Shown here: positions 22,501 to 36,600 of the stretch, one piece after another
Position numbering within the stretch: the first letter of the stretch is position 1
Layout of the letters: every line of letters begins with the position of its first letter
Assembly: GCA_040954595.2 (NCBI GenBank)
Contig: CM082584.2
Coordinates: forward strand, 4,964,110 to 5,028,109
Source: Balanoglossus misakiensis
Lineage: Eukaryota; Animalia; Hemichordata
Length of the DNA stretch: 64,000 nucleotides
Direction: 5' to 3'
Notes under the pieces: model-generated
Database searches by the model: none
Told to the model about the DNA's origin: nothing
What the model saw: only the letters and a program-made list of their open reading frames with translations
Position numbers and translations under genes: made by a program

Positions 22501-25213
22501 TAAGTGTTCGTCTTATCTCATCACTGCAAGTCGAAATTACGGTCACCTTTTTTTGCTGATGTGACCTTGGATACGTTGTTAACGTCTCAGCGGCACTTTG
22601 CATTTTTACTCGTACTTTTGTGACTGTTATTTTCATTTTTCTTTGTTAAAAGTAATTACCGGAAATCGAAATGGTTTAACATCTGATCGCCAAATACCGT
22701 CATGTTACACGCATTTGCATAGTTTGTAAAAAAGAAATATACCCTGTATGTCAAAGTATCGTGTGCATCAAAGGAAACTTGCAATGTACGCATACCTTAG
22801 AATTACTATTCCAGAATAAAATATAAGGAGGTGTACATTTCGTTTATGATATAAAACAAGCTTGTCTTGTGCTAGTGATGATTTATTTTACGCTTAGACG
22901 ATTCATGGTTAAGCCACACTGTATGCTCTTTTGAACATGCGAGTTTTTAGTTTTCTTTTGATATGAATGTAGTATAAGACATTGAGGAGATTGGTGTCAC
23001 TTACATGCTAATTTGCATATAAAACAAGTTTGTGCTATATAAATCAAATTACTAAATGTATGTTATGAAATCTACCTTAGATGCTTATTTTATAACGATA
23101 GCACTTTAGAAACTGGTTGTATTTGAAGAGGATAACTTTATTGGGTTTAACGCCAATTTATGGCTAGTTTGCACATTTTCACTTTGTATCAAATCACGTA
23201 CACATGAGAATATTCAGTTCATGGTTCGTTTCATGGCTTAAACAATAGGGCTCCGTGATTTCACCGATTATTTGATGTGATGTGTCCGGGGGCGCATTAC
23301 TCTACGACTGACATCGACACCTCTTGCTCTTGAATTTTCATTAAGGAGGAAGGGTTAAATCGAAACGAAAATTAATTCGTTAATTATGCTTATGCAGCAG
23401 CCTGCGACAGCCCCTAATTCTTCAGGTTTCCTGACAGAGCTTGAGTTGCAAATTGAAAAGTAAGATATCAAATATTCATGCTCGCACGAGCTCTCTCACT
23501 TGCAGGCACCAAATTCTAATGAAATTGGGGCACCGTATCCTTGACGCTGTCTTCTGCCTCATTTGCTGATTTTCCCCTTGACCTTCGATATTCACAGTAA
23601 AAAACAACGTAGAATGAAAATACTAAGTGACTTTACTTTCCATCTTGCCTGTGAATGTACTGAGTATAGCTGCACTATAACGATTGGCAAGCTCTAAAAA
23701 GCTGTCTGCCGACTCATTAAGATGTCTCACTCAGTTTGGCCGTACGTTTCTCCTGAGGCCCATTTACCGCGTACGAAGGCTACACACGTTTTCCATTACC
23801 TTTGATATGGACAGTCGCTTATAAATGAAATAATGATATCTCCGGGAAACGTGTCACATAATTCGTTCCGCTATCTTTATTGCGTACATGAAGACGCTGC
23901 GACACAAATACCACGTAGCACTTAAAATGAACATAAACAAGAAAGACATCGTTTGAGAAACACGCTTCCATTGAGACGCCTACTTACTATACATCTGTCA
24001 TTGCAGATGCAAATATAATCGGTCGCTCTCTCGATAAATACCGAAGGCGATATCAACACTCACTGCGTGACAAATTACATGTACATCAAGCAGACTAGTT
24101 TACTATGTTCTTACAAACTAAAAGATATGTAAATTCTATATAATAAAACTCACACGAAATACTGACTCAATGGCGAATATTTAGGCCTTATACAGCTACG
24201 ATGACTCTCAAACTATCCCTGTAACACAAGCGGAATCTAATGATCAGCTTGTATTTCATCATCACCATAGCAACATTCCTTTGACAATATACACTTCTAT
24301 TTAGTCTGAGAGGAACATGCCTTCCTGGGAGAAACGTGGAATGGAATATCTATTTGTAAAGACAGCCTGCAACATACGACCCAGGAAATGCGTTTTAATT
24401 TGACGGATACTTCCTGTATCTGCGAGATTATCGTTCTCTGAGAGTGAGGCGAGTTCATTCCACAATAAATCATAATACCAAACGGTTTCGGTTATGCATG
24501 CTTTCAAATTTGTGAGATATTTTAAAATGAGTAGAACAACATACATGTACGTACCCTTTACTGTTGGAAATATGTTTTTAGTGACGAATATGAAATTGTC
24601 CCTTTTTTATCGAAATTAATGAGATACTAATACATCGCATTAGAGCAAGCACTACATCAAATCTATTTTAAATTTAAACAGTCAAATTCGTATTATAATC
24701 AGTGCAGGTTTTCTTTAGTGGTAATGCGTTTCATATTTTAGTTTCAGAAGATTACTTGTCGATGAGACACACAGAATGCAAAATTGTTGTATACTTTCAA
24801 ATATGTCTTTTTGGCGCCCAACCTACAAAATGGCCACCGATTCAACGACGTGAAAATCCTTGATATAGAACTGTCAAGGGGGTGCCTTGGATATAAGGAT
24901 TTTCTCTGTCAACATAATCCCACTATCGCCTTCATAAACGAGCTTTCTGTGAACGTGGCAAGATTAATGGGACTTTGTAATGATATGAACTATCACGATA
25001 ATTCAATTAATGTTTGAACCTGACCGTACCGGCCTGGCCCATTTATCATAACAAAGCCATACACTGCACATGGAAGCTATGGCACCCGTAAATCAGTCAG
25101 TTCTACTGCATTAGCATAAACATCTGTGACAGTTCTCACAGGTAAGTGTGTGCTATTTCTTTCACCATTGCATTTGTTGAGGATAATCAATGTTATGTCC
25201 CAATACCTATTGC

Positions 25214-25440
25214 TTAATCATTGAATATTACAAATGTTGTTAGGTGAACACTGTAAAAATAATGCGATTTACATGATATATATAAATATATTCACCAATT
25301 GACTAGAAAGGGTATAGTAAGCATAATTCGCCGATTTATTTAATCATTGAATATTACAAATGTTGTTGGGCGAACATTGTTCAATAATGTGATTTACATG
25401 ATATATATTCACCATTGACTAGAAATGGTGCAGTAAGCGA
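25214..25440. repeat. Local tandem duplication, ~126-bp unit x2
   Basis: ttaatcattgaatattacaaatgttgtt...gactagaaa occurs twice. Confidence 0.8.
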
Positions 25441-26850
25441 TGATCCGATGTCATAATTTATTTATGGTCTTTCGGTCATTTTCCTTGGTACGAAATGTAT
25501 ATTTTCTACTAGCATCCTCACATTTATTTTGGGATTTGTTCATTTTTAGAAGAGATACAAGTTATTTCATGATCCTGGTACTAGATAACTTGAATTTGAA
25601 GCGTGTTGGGGGAAGAGATTTCATTTTTTGTGGTGGTTTCAACGCATTCTAACCATAGATGGTTCAGCCATATTGGAATGAGCAAAATCCAAAATAAATG
25701 GGTGAGTGTTTGGAACTAGAATGACAACACTGTAACACTGGGTGTCAACTGAGTAGTGTCATCAAAAATCGTAACTTATGTCAAATATTAGGGTGAGAGT
25801 ATAATTATGGAATTCAATCAATTTGACAAAACCTCCAAACCAAAATAGATTGCAACTTTGTCGCTTTAAAACATGTGTCACAGACACGTCATTTCATATA
25901 CACGTTATAAGCAAATCACGATAATGCCTATTAAAACTACCATTCCGAGCCAGTTTTCAAAAGCAGGTTACATTACATTAAGTTTAGTATAACACCATTC
26001 CAGTCGACAAGTTCCATGATGACGTTGCATTCCACAAGTACTAGAAGTACAGTTTGCGTGTTTTGAACTCTTTATCCCCTCTCGACCATTCTTCATTGTT
26101 TCATTAGGCCCCGTTGTCGCAGTGAAATCGTGCGTACATATAGACTTGTCTGGTTATAACCCTTTCATGTAACAAGCTTGAGTCATCATGCAAAAATTAC
26201 ATGACTTGCCAGTCAGGTGTTTTATAACCGTATTTGTCAATTGCACTGGCGACAATAACAATATTACCACGTGTATTGAATTGAAAATAACATCCGCCCA
26301 TTCATTTAACAATTACCCCCCCCCCCCCCCCGAGTGTGGGTATACGCGAGATTTGGGTACAATTCTCGATGGCGAGTGCTATTGTACCCAATCATTCAAT
26401 TGTTGAAGTAAATTGCTAACTTTGGAAGTGTGTTGCTGGGCAGGATAATTTCATTTGTTCTCTGTGGCTACAACGCAATTTCCCCGTGGACGAATGAGTT
26501 AAATAAATGAGCACGTGTTATATGCAGATGAATAGTTAGTTGACATAACAGTCTCACTGCGATCAATATCTGTTGTCAGCTTTCATCAACATTTAGCCGG
26601 TAACTCTGGATTTACGTTGTCGATTGCAAATATGCGAAGGTGCAGTGACTCTGGATTTATAGTTTTATTCGCAAAAGTTTGTTGCGTACGCAAATAAGCA
26701 CAGCTGATTAAAGCACCGCACGGTGCATCATAGCACAGTCAGCACGTTTCATCAAATTGCGTGTAGCAATCCCTGAATTATTCCGCTGTTATAAAAGTTA
26801 ATTAAACGTGCAAATTCGGTGTTTATGGAAATGAAACTGCGAGAGCTTGC

Positions 26851-27842
26851 CATTTTTGATTTCGATTTTAATTTTGATTTCGATTTATTTTCACTTTGCA
26901 AGCTCAATAAAACACGCGCCAATCAAATAGAGGAATATTTTCAACACGTGAACCCATGAATATCCATCAAATACCTCGCCAATGGAGAGTGGCGCGACCT
27001 CACGACCCAGTGTCGTTCGTGGGATTCAAAATTACGGGTTAAACAAGTTGATTTAAATGTGTTCATTCGGTGATAGCGCATGGTTCCTTTGGATACTGTA
27101 TTTCAGTGGTCAACAAGACCCCTGTTCTTTGCATCAATGACAGATATCGTTTGTGTTTTGTAAATTTCATCCCTACTTTTAAATTTGTTCGTCCCTCATA
27201 TAAGTTGCCCATTTAACGCATCGCCTTTCCCACCATGTTACCCTCCCCCCCTCCGGGAAGTGTGACAATCAGAGGTCAAGGAGAATAAGAGCTGATTTCC
27301 CCTTAATTTATCGAATTTACCTATTTTTTCGTCAATCATAACACTTTAAGTTACTTTCTTTTGCAATATGGTGATTTGGTTCGATATTTGCAATTCAATC
27401 TTGATTTTTTTAATATGGTTTAAAAATCAAAACTGGTGTTAAAAACGGTATGGATTTTTAACTATTTAACTTGCAGGTTGTCACGTGATGCCTACAGACC
27501 AATAAAACTGTCTTTATATGCTTATATCTCCTGATTTTCAACAGAAAGATCAAGGTCGAATGCAAGGCCATGGCCTTCCGTCTCCACGTTTTCTGTAGTT
27601 GCCAGAACGTTGTTTGCCGATAGCAAGATCTTCAGTTATTGTACATAGCGGTATCAGTATTTTGTCGTGAGGTCAGCGGCTATCGTAACTTGATGTTCAG
27701 ATACAGATACCGAGTCCAATCTGTGAAGTTAGTCCGGGGTTGGCTGAAATTCTGTAGCTCTAGCTTATTTGCCTGTACGTTTTGGCGTATTACAGCTAGT
27801 AAGTGAAAATCGAAATCGAATTAAATCAAAATTCAAAAAAAT
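26851..27842. mobile_element. Probable degenerate TIR element
   Basis: catttttgatttcgatttt...ttttcactttgcaagct is inverted relative to agctagtaagtgaaaatcgaaatcg...aaaaaatg. Confidence 0.4.
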
Positions 27843-27897
27843 GAAACAAAGGTAGACTGGTGATTAAAATTAAAGTAAAAGTGAAGAACGTGATAAA

Positions 27898-28100
27898 TTA
27901 AAGGGACAAAGTCTCTCTCTCGCCGCCCTTTTCCCATTAATTATGTTTGATACAAGACACCGTTTATGTTATTCGACATGTGGATATATAGTGATTCAAC
28001 GTACAATCACACACACCTTCCATCTCATTTGTAGGATATGATAGTACAAATCTCGCCAAAATGAATAATCGATCTTTACCGTTTTTCACTCTCGTGTCTA
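27898..28100. mobile_element. Truncated copy of the palindromic TTAA element (family B)
   Basis: TTAAAGGGACAAAGTCTCTCTCTC...tgtttgatacaagacaccgttt, shared with the 60069 and 61553 copies. Confidence 0.75.
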
Positions 28101-29784
28101 CACTGCCATGGCACTTCTTTGCAATCTAGTGACACAAATAGATGAAGTGTACGGTTCTCAAGTGTCGAAAACATGTCTATGGACGGTGTCTACTATTTGT
28201 GGAATATCTGATTGACTATTCCCCGTGGTAGGGATCGTTCCGTGGTAAGAACGTGTATGTTGCCAGATAGTGCGTGTCTGACACAGAATTCCGTTTGGCC
28301 GATAAGTGATGATAAGTGACGAGCTTTGGGTCGTATGTCTCTTGCCTGGCACTTAAACATCATATCCACAACAGATAACATAGGGTTGGGGATTTCGCTC
28401 CCCCCCCCCCCCCACCACATTTTGTTTATGAACAGCAACTACAGTTGTATTGAAGATACATGTATTTTTAATAACGTAAATTGTGCGATTTCTCCTGATC
28501 GATTAATTTAATTCTTTTTTTTCTTAATTGCTTGATTGATTGATCATTTTTTTACAACGTGAACATGTATTTATTTCGAAAAGGATCTGTGAATTATGTG
28601 GCTGTATTATGATAACACATCATAAGTTTGCCAAATAACGTATAGGGAACTCAAGGACCCACTGTGACAAAAGGGAATGAGATTGCATGAGACGAGATGG
28701 AACCAGGCCAGGCCAGAGATGGATGAGATATAACAGAGTTCAGGCTAATATTTCGCAACACGATCACCCATCCTGGAGGGACTACGTTATTCGAATACTT
28801 CTCATAGCTTAAACACGAACACATAGTTTGCGCGAACTGCATGAATACGCGTTGAACGATGGGAATTTGACATCTGACTGCTCGATCCATACCCTGACTA
28901 GCTGATCCTTCATATAATTTAATGATACCATATAATATGACAGACAGACCTGCACAAACAAGTAAAGCTCAGTTGGTACATGTCTTCAACGTTGTATACA
29001 ATCCTCCCACAGGACAAGTTAAAGCTAGAAGTCATTACATGAGTAGCAGGCTGTCTTTCCAGATCTGAAGAATGACAGCCGTAGGTACGCTTATGAATAT
29101 ATATTGTCGCCACACACAACTCGGGATATTTAGTAACCACACCGATGCCGTGTATAAATACACCGACGTGGAAGTATTTATGATGTTTAACTTCGTAATT
29201 GACAACATATTTGTCAAATTTGCCGGAATGACATTCAGGCCAACCAGATGCATTCCTACATGTACAAACTATGTACACCACTTCTCGCTGAATTGTTTCT
29301 GTAATGTGAAGCTGAGTTCATACATACTCTTCTCAATCAAATAAATAATTTTAGCATTGCAAACCATATTCTAATGTCACAAGAAATGCAACCTACATGT
29401 ATGTCTACGCGAAAATGTCACTCTCATCCGGTATTCAGAAATGGTTTCACTCGATACAAGAATCGAACTGGTTTCAGTCTGGAGGCGCAGAAGGAAATTT
29501 CCGTTGTGTAATATTATATTAATTTATGCAAGTTTCCATACCAACACAACAGGTGCCAAAGGACAAAGAAACTTGCTAGACGGCAAATTCCACCCAGAAA
29601 CAAATGCAATCAACACCCGTGCGGTTTCAGATGATATAGCCACCCGACGGGTTTAGGCAGCTCTGCTGTCTGTAGTGGATATGTAAAGTGCAGTATCCTG
29701 GTCACATCAGTTGTATACTCAGCTCCATGTCCGTATTGAGCACTCTACTCAAGCTGATGTTGACTTGCACTAAAACTAATATAT

Positions 29785-29978
29785 ATATATAGGGGATGTG
29801 TGTCTTGATCGCCATCTTGGAAACACGGTGGGTTGTGGGATAGAACTGGAGCCTTGAGGAGTACTCGCGGAAGACGCCACTTGTGCTGTACACGTTCCTA
29901 CGTCAAGAGCCCCCTCCAGTTCTTTCCCACAACCCACCGCGTTTCCAAGATGGCGGTAAAGACAAACCTACCATATAT
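29785..29978. mobile_element. Fold-back MITE-like element
   Basis: cgccatcttggaaacacggtgggttgtgggatagaactgga is inverted relative to tccagttctttcccacaacccaccgcgtttccaagatggcg. Confidence 0.6.
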
Positions 29979-31437
29979 GCTTATACGGTTGGAAGAGTGC
30001 ACGATGCAATTTTGTAGATCAAAGATTTTGTTGAGGTGGCCGGTGAGGTAGTTGAGACTCCGAGCGTCAGGCTGTTGCGATCGTCAGCGTTGTCTGGTCA
30101 TCGCCACAGTCTGAAACCCGGAGCCACATTTACCTCACCGCTCACCAAAAAAATGAGAAAATGGGTTGAAATATTTGAAGTACCGGGTTAATCAGCCTTG
30201 CCTACAACTGGAATTGTGTATTATGATAAATTGTATCGCTATGGGGGTTCTGAAAGGATTACATTACGATGAAGATAGAAACTCTGGGGTCCGCATTATG
30301 CAGGAATTATTCCTCTGGGGGTATTCAACGTTATCATACTTTGCCATTTAACCCTTGTTGTAATGGACAAATAAATAAGACAATTGCTGAAATTGCTGCG
30401 GAGGGCCAAACAGACTTGGGATGAAAAAATACCCACAGCTCCAATACAATACGCACCATGAAGAATGCGACAACGAACGAATCTCTCCCGAAAGTCTTAT
30501 TTGGAGGCGAATCTCGCAACAAAATTGACTTCCCATCGGCCCTTCGCACAGCAGGCAAGGAAGGGACTGGTGTAGAAAAAAGAGAATAAAGGCCGACGAT
30601 CGCGTGTTATGCGCATGTGCGTAATTTCGTGTGTACAAACATTACATCCAATCCAATCGTTCTGCAAATCCAATACGGTATGTGTTGAACGTGTGTATAA
30701 ATGTTGCACATCTCAACTTATCCCCTACAACGTTGTTTCGTAAGTCACTACACGGAGACTAAATTGTTGAAAACTAAGCTGGCACTGGATTTGCATCGAT
30801 AACTGCAGAAATATATTTATTAATAACACCAAACTGATCAATGCTTCAGAGTACAATCAGATATCTCTAGCGACCTATTGATCTTACAGTGTGCTGGGTT
30901 CTTTCCCCAATGATGTTCTGAGGAAATCTTGGTGGACAAGGTGTATATGCTGTATAAACTCATATCACCTTGAAAGTCAACTACAGTTCAATTTAGTATG
31001 TCATATGTGCATAATAATTCCATTGCTATTTTTTTTAATTATTGAAATTTGGCCACGAGTTTTCAATATATATATGACTAAGGCATCATGGGAAAAATAT
31101 TGGATGGGAAAATATTGCACTGTTTTGTTCAGATACTATCATACATTTTAAAGGGTGACGATTGTTTTGTGTGCATGTGCCAAAGCAGAGACTCTGGTTA
31201 CAGAATTTGAATACAGTCAGTGCTATAAGGTAGTGTGTTGTTCTAACAACGGACAAGATGGCGGCGACCATAGTCTGTTCAGAGATCGGGAAAAGACAGC
31301 AAATTAAGTGAAAAAAGAGACAAAACCAAAGTCTTCTTATGTGATAAAGAAGGAAGCGGAGGCAGTCCACTATTTGAATACGTCGAACGCAAGATTTGTA
31401 CTTGTATTACAGATATGTTTGAGCTATTTCCATATAA

Positions 31438-32649
31438 GGGAGCCGTCATTATTTATGGCCTGGGGGGGGGGGGGTCGGAGGAATCAAGGGGGGGGTTACT
31501 CAAAAATTGGAAGGCTGCAAGGGGGGGTTTCTCAAAAATTGTAGATGAAGAGGGGGGGGTCACTCATTTTTGGGAAATGTATCAAAGTTTTTCAACTGAA
31601 AGATTTAGTTGTGTGCTGTGCAAGTGCTGCAGCGCTCCGCGACCTCTGGTCGCGGAACACCAGAGTGTCCACACTGCACTATCAAAGTATTTTTCCCAAA
31701 ATTTGCTGATAAAGGATTGGCATGCTTGCCTGATCATGCATAAAAAACATTACTCCTTATTATATCAACAAAGTTTGATAATCATTTTGACTTTTAACGA
31801 TGCCTGTCCAAATTACACAATGCTACTTGATGGTTACTGGTTATGGGTGAGCTTTTACGGTAATCATTATTTAGTTGTGACTTTGAGACTGTTTTGTTGT
31901 TTCACCCTTTTCAATCCATCATGATGCAACTGATGATCACCTACAATGTAGCAGGGTGAACCTGGAGTTGAAAGGTCTTTTACTACACTACTGTAATAGT
32001 GATTTTTATAATATACCTCATGCTAATACTGTGTCGTGATTCGCCAGAATCCGTCACGTGATAGGAAAATAGAATCGACTATGAACCGCTAGGGAAATAG
32101 CAGAAAAAATATAAACCGGTCACGTGACCAGCGTGAGTGCGCAAACTCGGTCACGTCCATCAGCGTCGCTTCGTCTGACACAATGGCCACCGCGGAAGAT
32201 GTCGTCTGCCAACCTCAAGAGAAAATTGCAAGATTTTCCCAGCTGTTAGCATGAGGTTTATTATAAAACACCTATAGCCTGGCCTATATTCGGGCCATAG
32301 CAGCCGTTTTTACCCCCTCGTGACTGTGAGTTACCAGAATCATATGCTATTTGCCTCGGCCTGCGGCCTCGGGAAATAGCATATGATTCTGGTAACTCAC
32401 AGCCCCTCGGGTGCAATAAACGGCCGCTATGGCCCTCATGGCCAGGCAATAGGTGTTCAATACAGATACATGTATTGATATGTAGTTGTTCCGGTTTTAG
32501 GGGGGGGGGGGCAGTCGAAATTTCTGTGTTGGAAGGGGGGGTTTCTCAAAATCTGCATGCTTGGCAGGGGGGGTTTCTCAAAATTTTGGAGTTTCTAGTG
32601 TAATTCCTCCGACCCCCCCCCCCCCAGGCCGTAAATAATGACGGCTCCC
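31438..32649. mobile_element. PIF/Harbinger-type non-autonomous element
   Basis: ~45-bp TIRs GGGAGCCGTCATTATTTA(T/C)GGCCTG(n)TCGGAGGAAT with a 3-bp TAA target duplication on both sides. Confidence 0.8.
32003..32462. mobile_element. Crypton-like hairpin element nested in the Harbinger element
   Basis: ~195-bp stem aacacctatagcctggcc...gtgagttaccagaatcatatgctattt-loop-aaatagcatatgattctggtaactcac...ggccaggcaataggtgtt. Confidence 0.6.
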
Positions 32650-33307
32650 TAAACCCGATACGTATGCAGCGAAATGCACTATGATCTATGATCTCTGTAT
32701 GCTTGTCAATTCCTATCACAACATGAATCCAATATGCTACGAATTGTTTTGTGATATGAGGAAATGTGTACCAGTCTAATGCTGCATTGGAGACATATTC
32801 ATAGCAATTTGCAGACATGTCCTGATTGATTTCATTGCACCATAATTTCTTCCGATTCTTTCTTAATCTATTCATGTATAGCGGGGGATATGTAATTAAT
32901 TAACAATGACGTGTTTTTCAAAAAAGACCTTGGCCTCTGGAATGATTAGAATAACCTGTCGACTGTTCCAAAGCCTCGGAAAATGAACCTTGATCTTTCT
33001 ATTTCCAGAGCTGGTTCGAGCAGAGGATACGAAATGCGGATCGGCGTCTCACTCTGGAATACAACCATTGCCACCCCTAAGTACGCAACTAAACAGACTA
33101 TAAACGTTGATTTGTTAATGTTCAACACAACTTCGTCGCTCTATGCAGAAGAGACGTGGCTGCAACTGAAACTGTTTTGAGATATTATTTCTCCATTTCC
33201 TAGATTTTGTAAATACATGACTGTGTTAAAGTCTCGAAATAGGATATAAATAGGAAATAGGATACGGGTGGATACGCATTTCCATGAATAACATTTTTTC
33301 TAGGCAC

Positions 33308-33616
33308 TAAAGGCCAACGGTCGTCTTATGCGCATGTGCCTAAATTCGTGTGTACAGACATTGTGTTCAATCTGAATGTTCTGCAAATTTTGCGTTCGAC
33401 ACATTCAAATAACGGACTGTCTTCGCTGCCTTCCATATTTCATGCGCGCCGTATACCCTTCCTTTTACCCAATTTGATATCCGACACAGAATATGGTCGC
33501 CGCCATCATGTCTGTTGTTAGGACAACACAGTGCCTTCTGTCACTGACTGTGCATAATTTCTGTAACCAGAGTCACTGGTTTGGCACATTCGCAGAAGAA
33601 GATTGTCGCCCTTTAA
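33308..33616. mobile_element. Family A element copy
   Basis: Homologous to 4053-4391; ends gtcgccctTTAA. Confidence 0.65.
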
Positions 33617-36600
33617 TATATCGTATCCTTTGGTATAATATATGCGCGTCCAACGACGTAACAATCTTGTTATAAGCCCTATATTGCAACACATTGAATG
33701 GTTATAGTGTCGCAAACACACGGAAAATATATCGGAAAAAATCCGAATCATACGGCACCAGACAGCAAATAGAATCCGACTGGATTATTTGCACCATACC
33801 GACAGCAGGTCATGACATAACACCATATCAAGTCATGTAGACCACACCATGTCCTAAAATACACGCATGTTAGACAACGATGGATTACACACATACCAGA
33901 GCCACGTATTATCTTTCCACTACTTAATTGCATGCTCTTACATTTTTACTTCGCAACAAACATGTACTCTGACAAATAGTTCGTTGTCTTTGACTACCGC
34001 ATACTCCGAAAGTTACATGTAATTAACTTTAAGTACACGTTGACATGATAGCGTTTACTATATTCATATTTGTTTGTGATAATTTGGACACATAATTTTT
34101 GAGTTCGCAATATAATTTATTTATTTATTATATTTATTTATTTTTGACCTATTTATACTGACATCCAACAGGCAATGTCCAATAACTGGATTCAGCCAAA
34201 ATAGAACTACATAATAAAACAAAATGCAGGGCACGATATACACGAAAAACAATGATAAGCAAAGAACCGACCTACATCAAATACAATCAACAATGACAGG
34301 CATATAAACACGTGATAAAAGAACAGAAGACACTTGAGTTTTAAAAATACAAACAGATCAACGTCAAAACGATAGACACATAGCCCGAAATAAAAATGAG
34401 TATTTTGAGGGATTTACACGGTGTTTTGGTATGCAATATTATAGTCAGAGATCACCATCCCTTGTGCAGGCTTCAAATCGCGATGTTGCCCTCGTCTTTA
34501 TTTAACTGTAAAACACGTTGCCTTTGAATATGTCATCGTCGCCTTGCGTTTGTCCTTCACTGATCTTTGTTGCACATTTTACAGAACTTGCTAAATCACC
34601 TGCATGCTTACGGCCTGTCATGAATTATGAAAGTGAAAGGGTAGTTTCTGCTTTGATTCTTGAATACACAATTCTTTCACGAGGATTCGAACTTTAACCT
34701 TTGATGAATTCATTTTTTTCTGTATTTTTCACCTCGTTTCTTTCACTGCATTAAGTGAACGCAAAACAAAGACTTTATTTTCGCCTAAATCTGTGGTTTC
34801 ACATATACTAAATGACTTTGAAAGCTGACATTCTACTGGGGGCACACTCGTTAACTTTTGACATTATTTTGACCCTATCCGTACACAGACACGGCAGTTA
34901 AACACTTTCACCATTTATTTTTTCGATTATTACCAACAATTATGAAATGGGGTTATAATTATGTTATACCAATATACAGGGTAAAACTAAGTAACAACGT
35001 TACCAGTCATTGAACATATTCCAGTGAACTTTTCAAAGAAACTAAATGACCGAAATAATATCAAAAGATAGCGACTTTTCACCTTCATTTATTCTTGTCT
35101 TAAAGCTGGGAAAGGCCATATTTTAGTTAATGAATTGTTTCGGTCGTATAAATCTCCACGGATGTGCCAACGCTCTCATATTCATTTGTGTTGGTGTAAT
35201 ATTGAACAGCATTCATATCGCGGTACCTGTTTCATTCAGTTAAACCAAATGGAGCCGATAATGTTATTCAGTATGCATACAAAGATATAAACACCATACT
35301 CAATAGTTTGTTTCATCCATTTAAATGACGAATACGGGCGTTTCAATCATTCTGAAAGACGTCATATTGGGGAAAATGACTAGCAGTGAAGAGATGGCTT
35401 TTTTATCATCGTTTGGAAATAGGCCTATGTCATTCGGAACAGTTTACTATGTACAGTCTATGTGGAATCTACGACTCAAGGAATGGGGCAAAATTAGGCA
35501 AGATTTTAACGCTTCGCAAACTGTTGTATTATTTGTAAAATGGTTCAAGTTTTTTTTTAGATATGAAAACATTTAGGTTTAACAAAAGGGAGGCCAAAAC
35601 GCTGTCATCGGGCTGATTGCTGACCTACAGTAATTTTGCGTAGATGTCTCCTCCTAAAGATCATGAAGGATAAACAACTAATCTCGTCTCCGCTAATAAT
35701 TGCTACATTTTGGATTCGCTTCTTCTCCACTGATAAGATGCATTTACGATCTTGGAATGATAACACTCAGTAGACGTTAACATACCAAGTTTACAGAGCT
35801 ACGGAAATGTATGTGCAATACATGTATATCGCAATATAATTTTCTTTATTCGCGATATGCTCTGGTCAGTGCATAACGTCTTAATGGCCGCCATCTTGAA
35901 TTCTGCTAGAATGTGAGATGATTATCCAAGGTTTACGACATACGTTTATTGCTACTAACGCATTTTTGTTTGGGTAATACGTGAATATTCTCACAGTTTT
36001 TGTTTTTATTGATGTCAGTATTTTGTCGCGGTATCAGAAGCTATCTGTTTTATTTTCCACCTTCATTTGATACCGCCAAATGGTTTTTAGAATATACATC
36101 TCAATACGTCTTACAAGATGAAAAGATAATCCAAGTAGCAATTGCTTGAGAATGATTTATTGACACCTTCCTTATTGTTCAGTTAATTGAATAGATAATC
36201 TAGCCACTGATTAGGAGAGTGGCTGCGATCTCAGCCACCAGTGATTTGAAATACGACATTGATTTTATGCCGGTGCTGCTGATATTCCCAGGGGACTATT
36301 CAACACAGCAATATATATTGAGGCGGCTGCACCAGACGCGCCATACGTCAAGGTATACACGACAGCTTTGTAGCTACTGTCGGTTCTTACTGTATAGTGC
36401 GTGCCTCGGAAACCATGCACACAATACATAATCCAATCGTAGAAAAAAAGCAGCAAATATCACTTCTAAAAAGGGGGAAATACTTAACATTGTTGCATGT
36501 ATTTATATGGGTGAGACTGCTGATACTTGAATTCAAACCACGTCAAACACAGCGATGCTATTACCTTCTTGTATGTGAAGGTCAATTGATACTCTATACC

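Noticed and set aside
24812-24822. TGGCGCCCAAC resembling a tRNA-Lys primer-binding site
   Set aside because: Only an 11-nt match, with no adjacent LTR or gag/pol sequence
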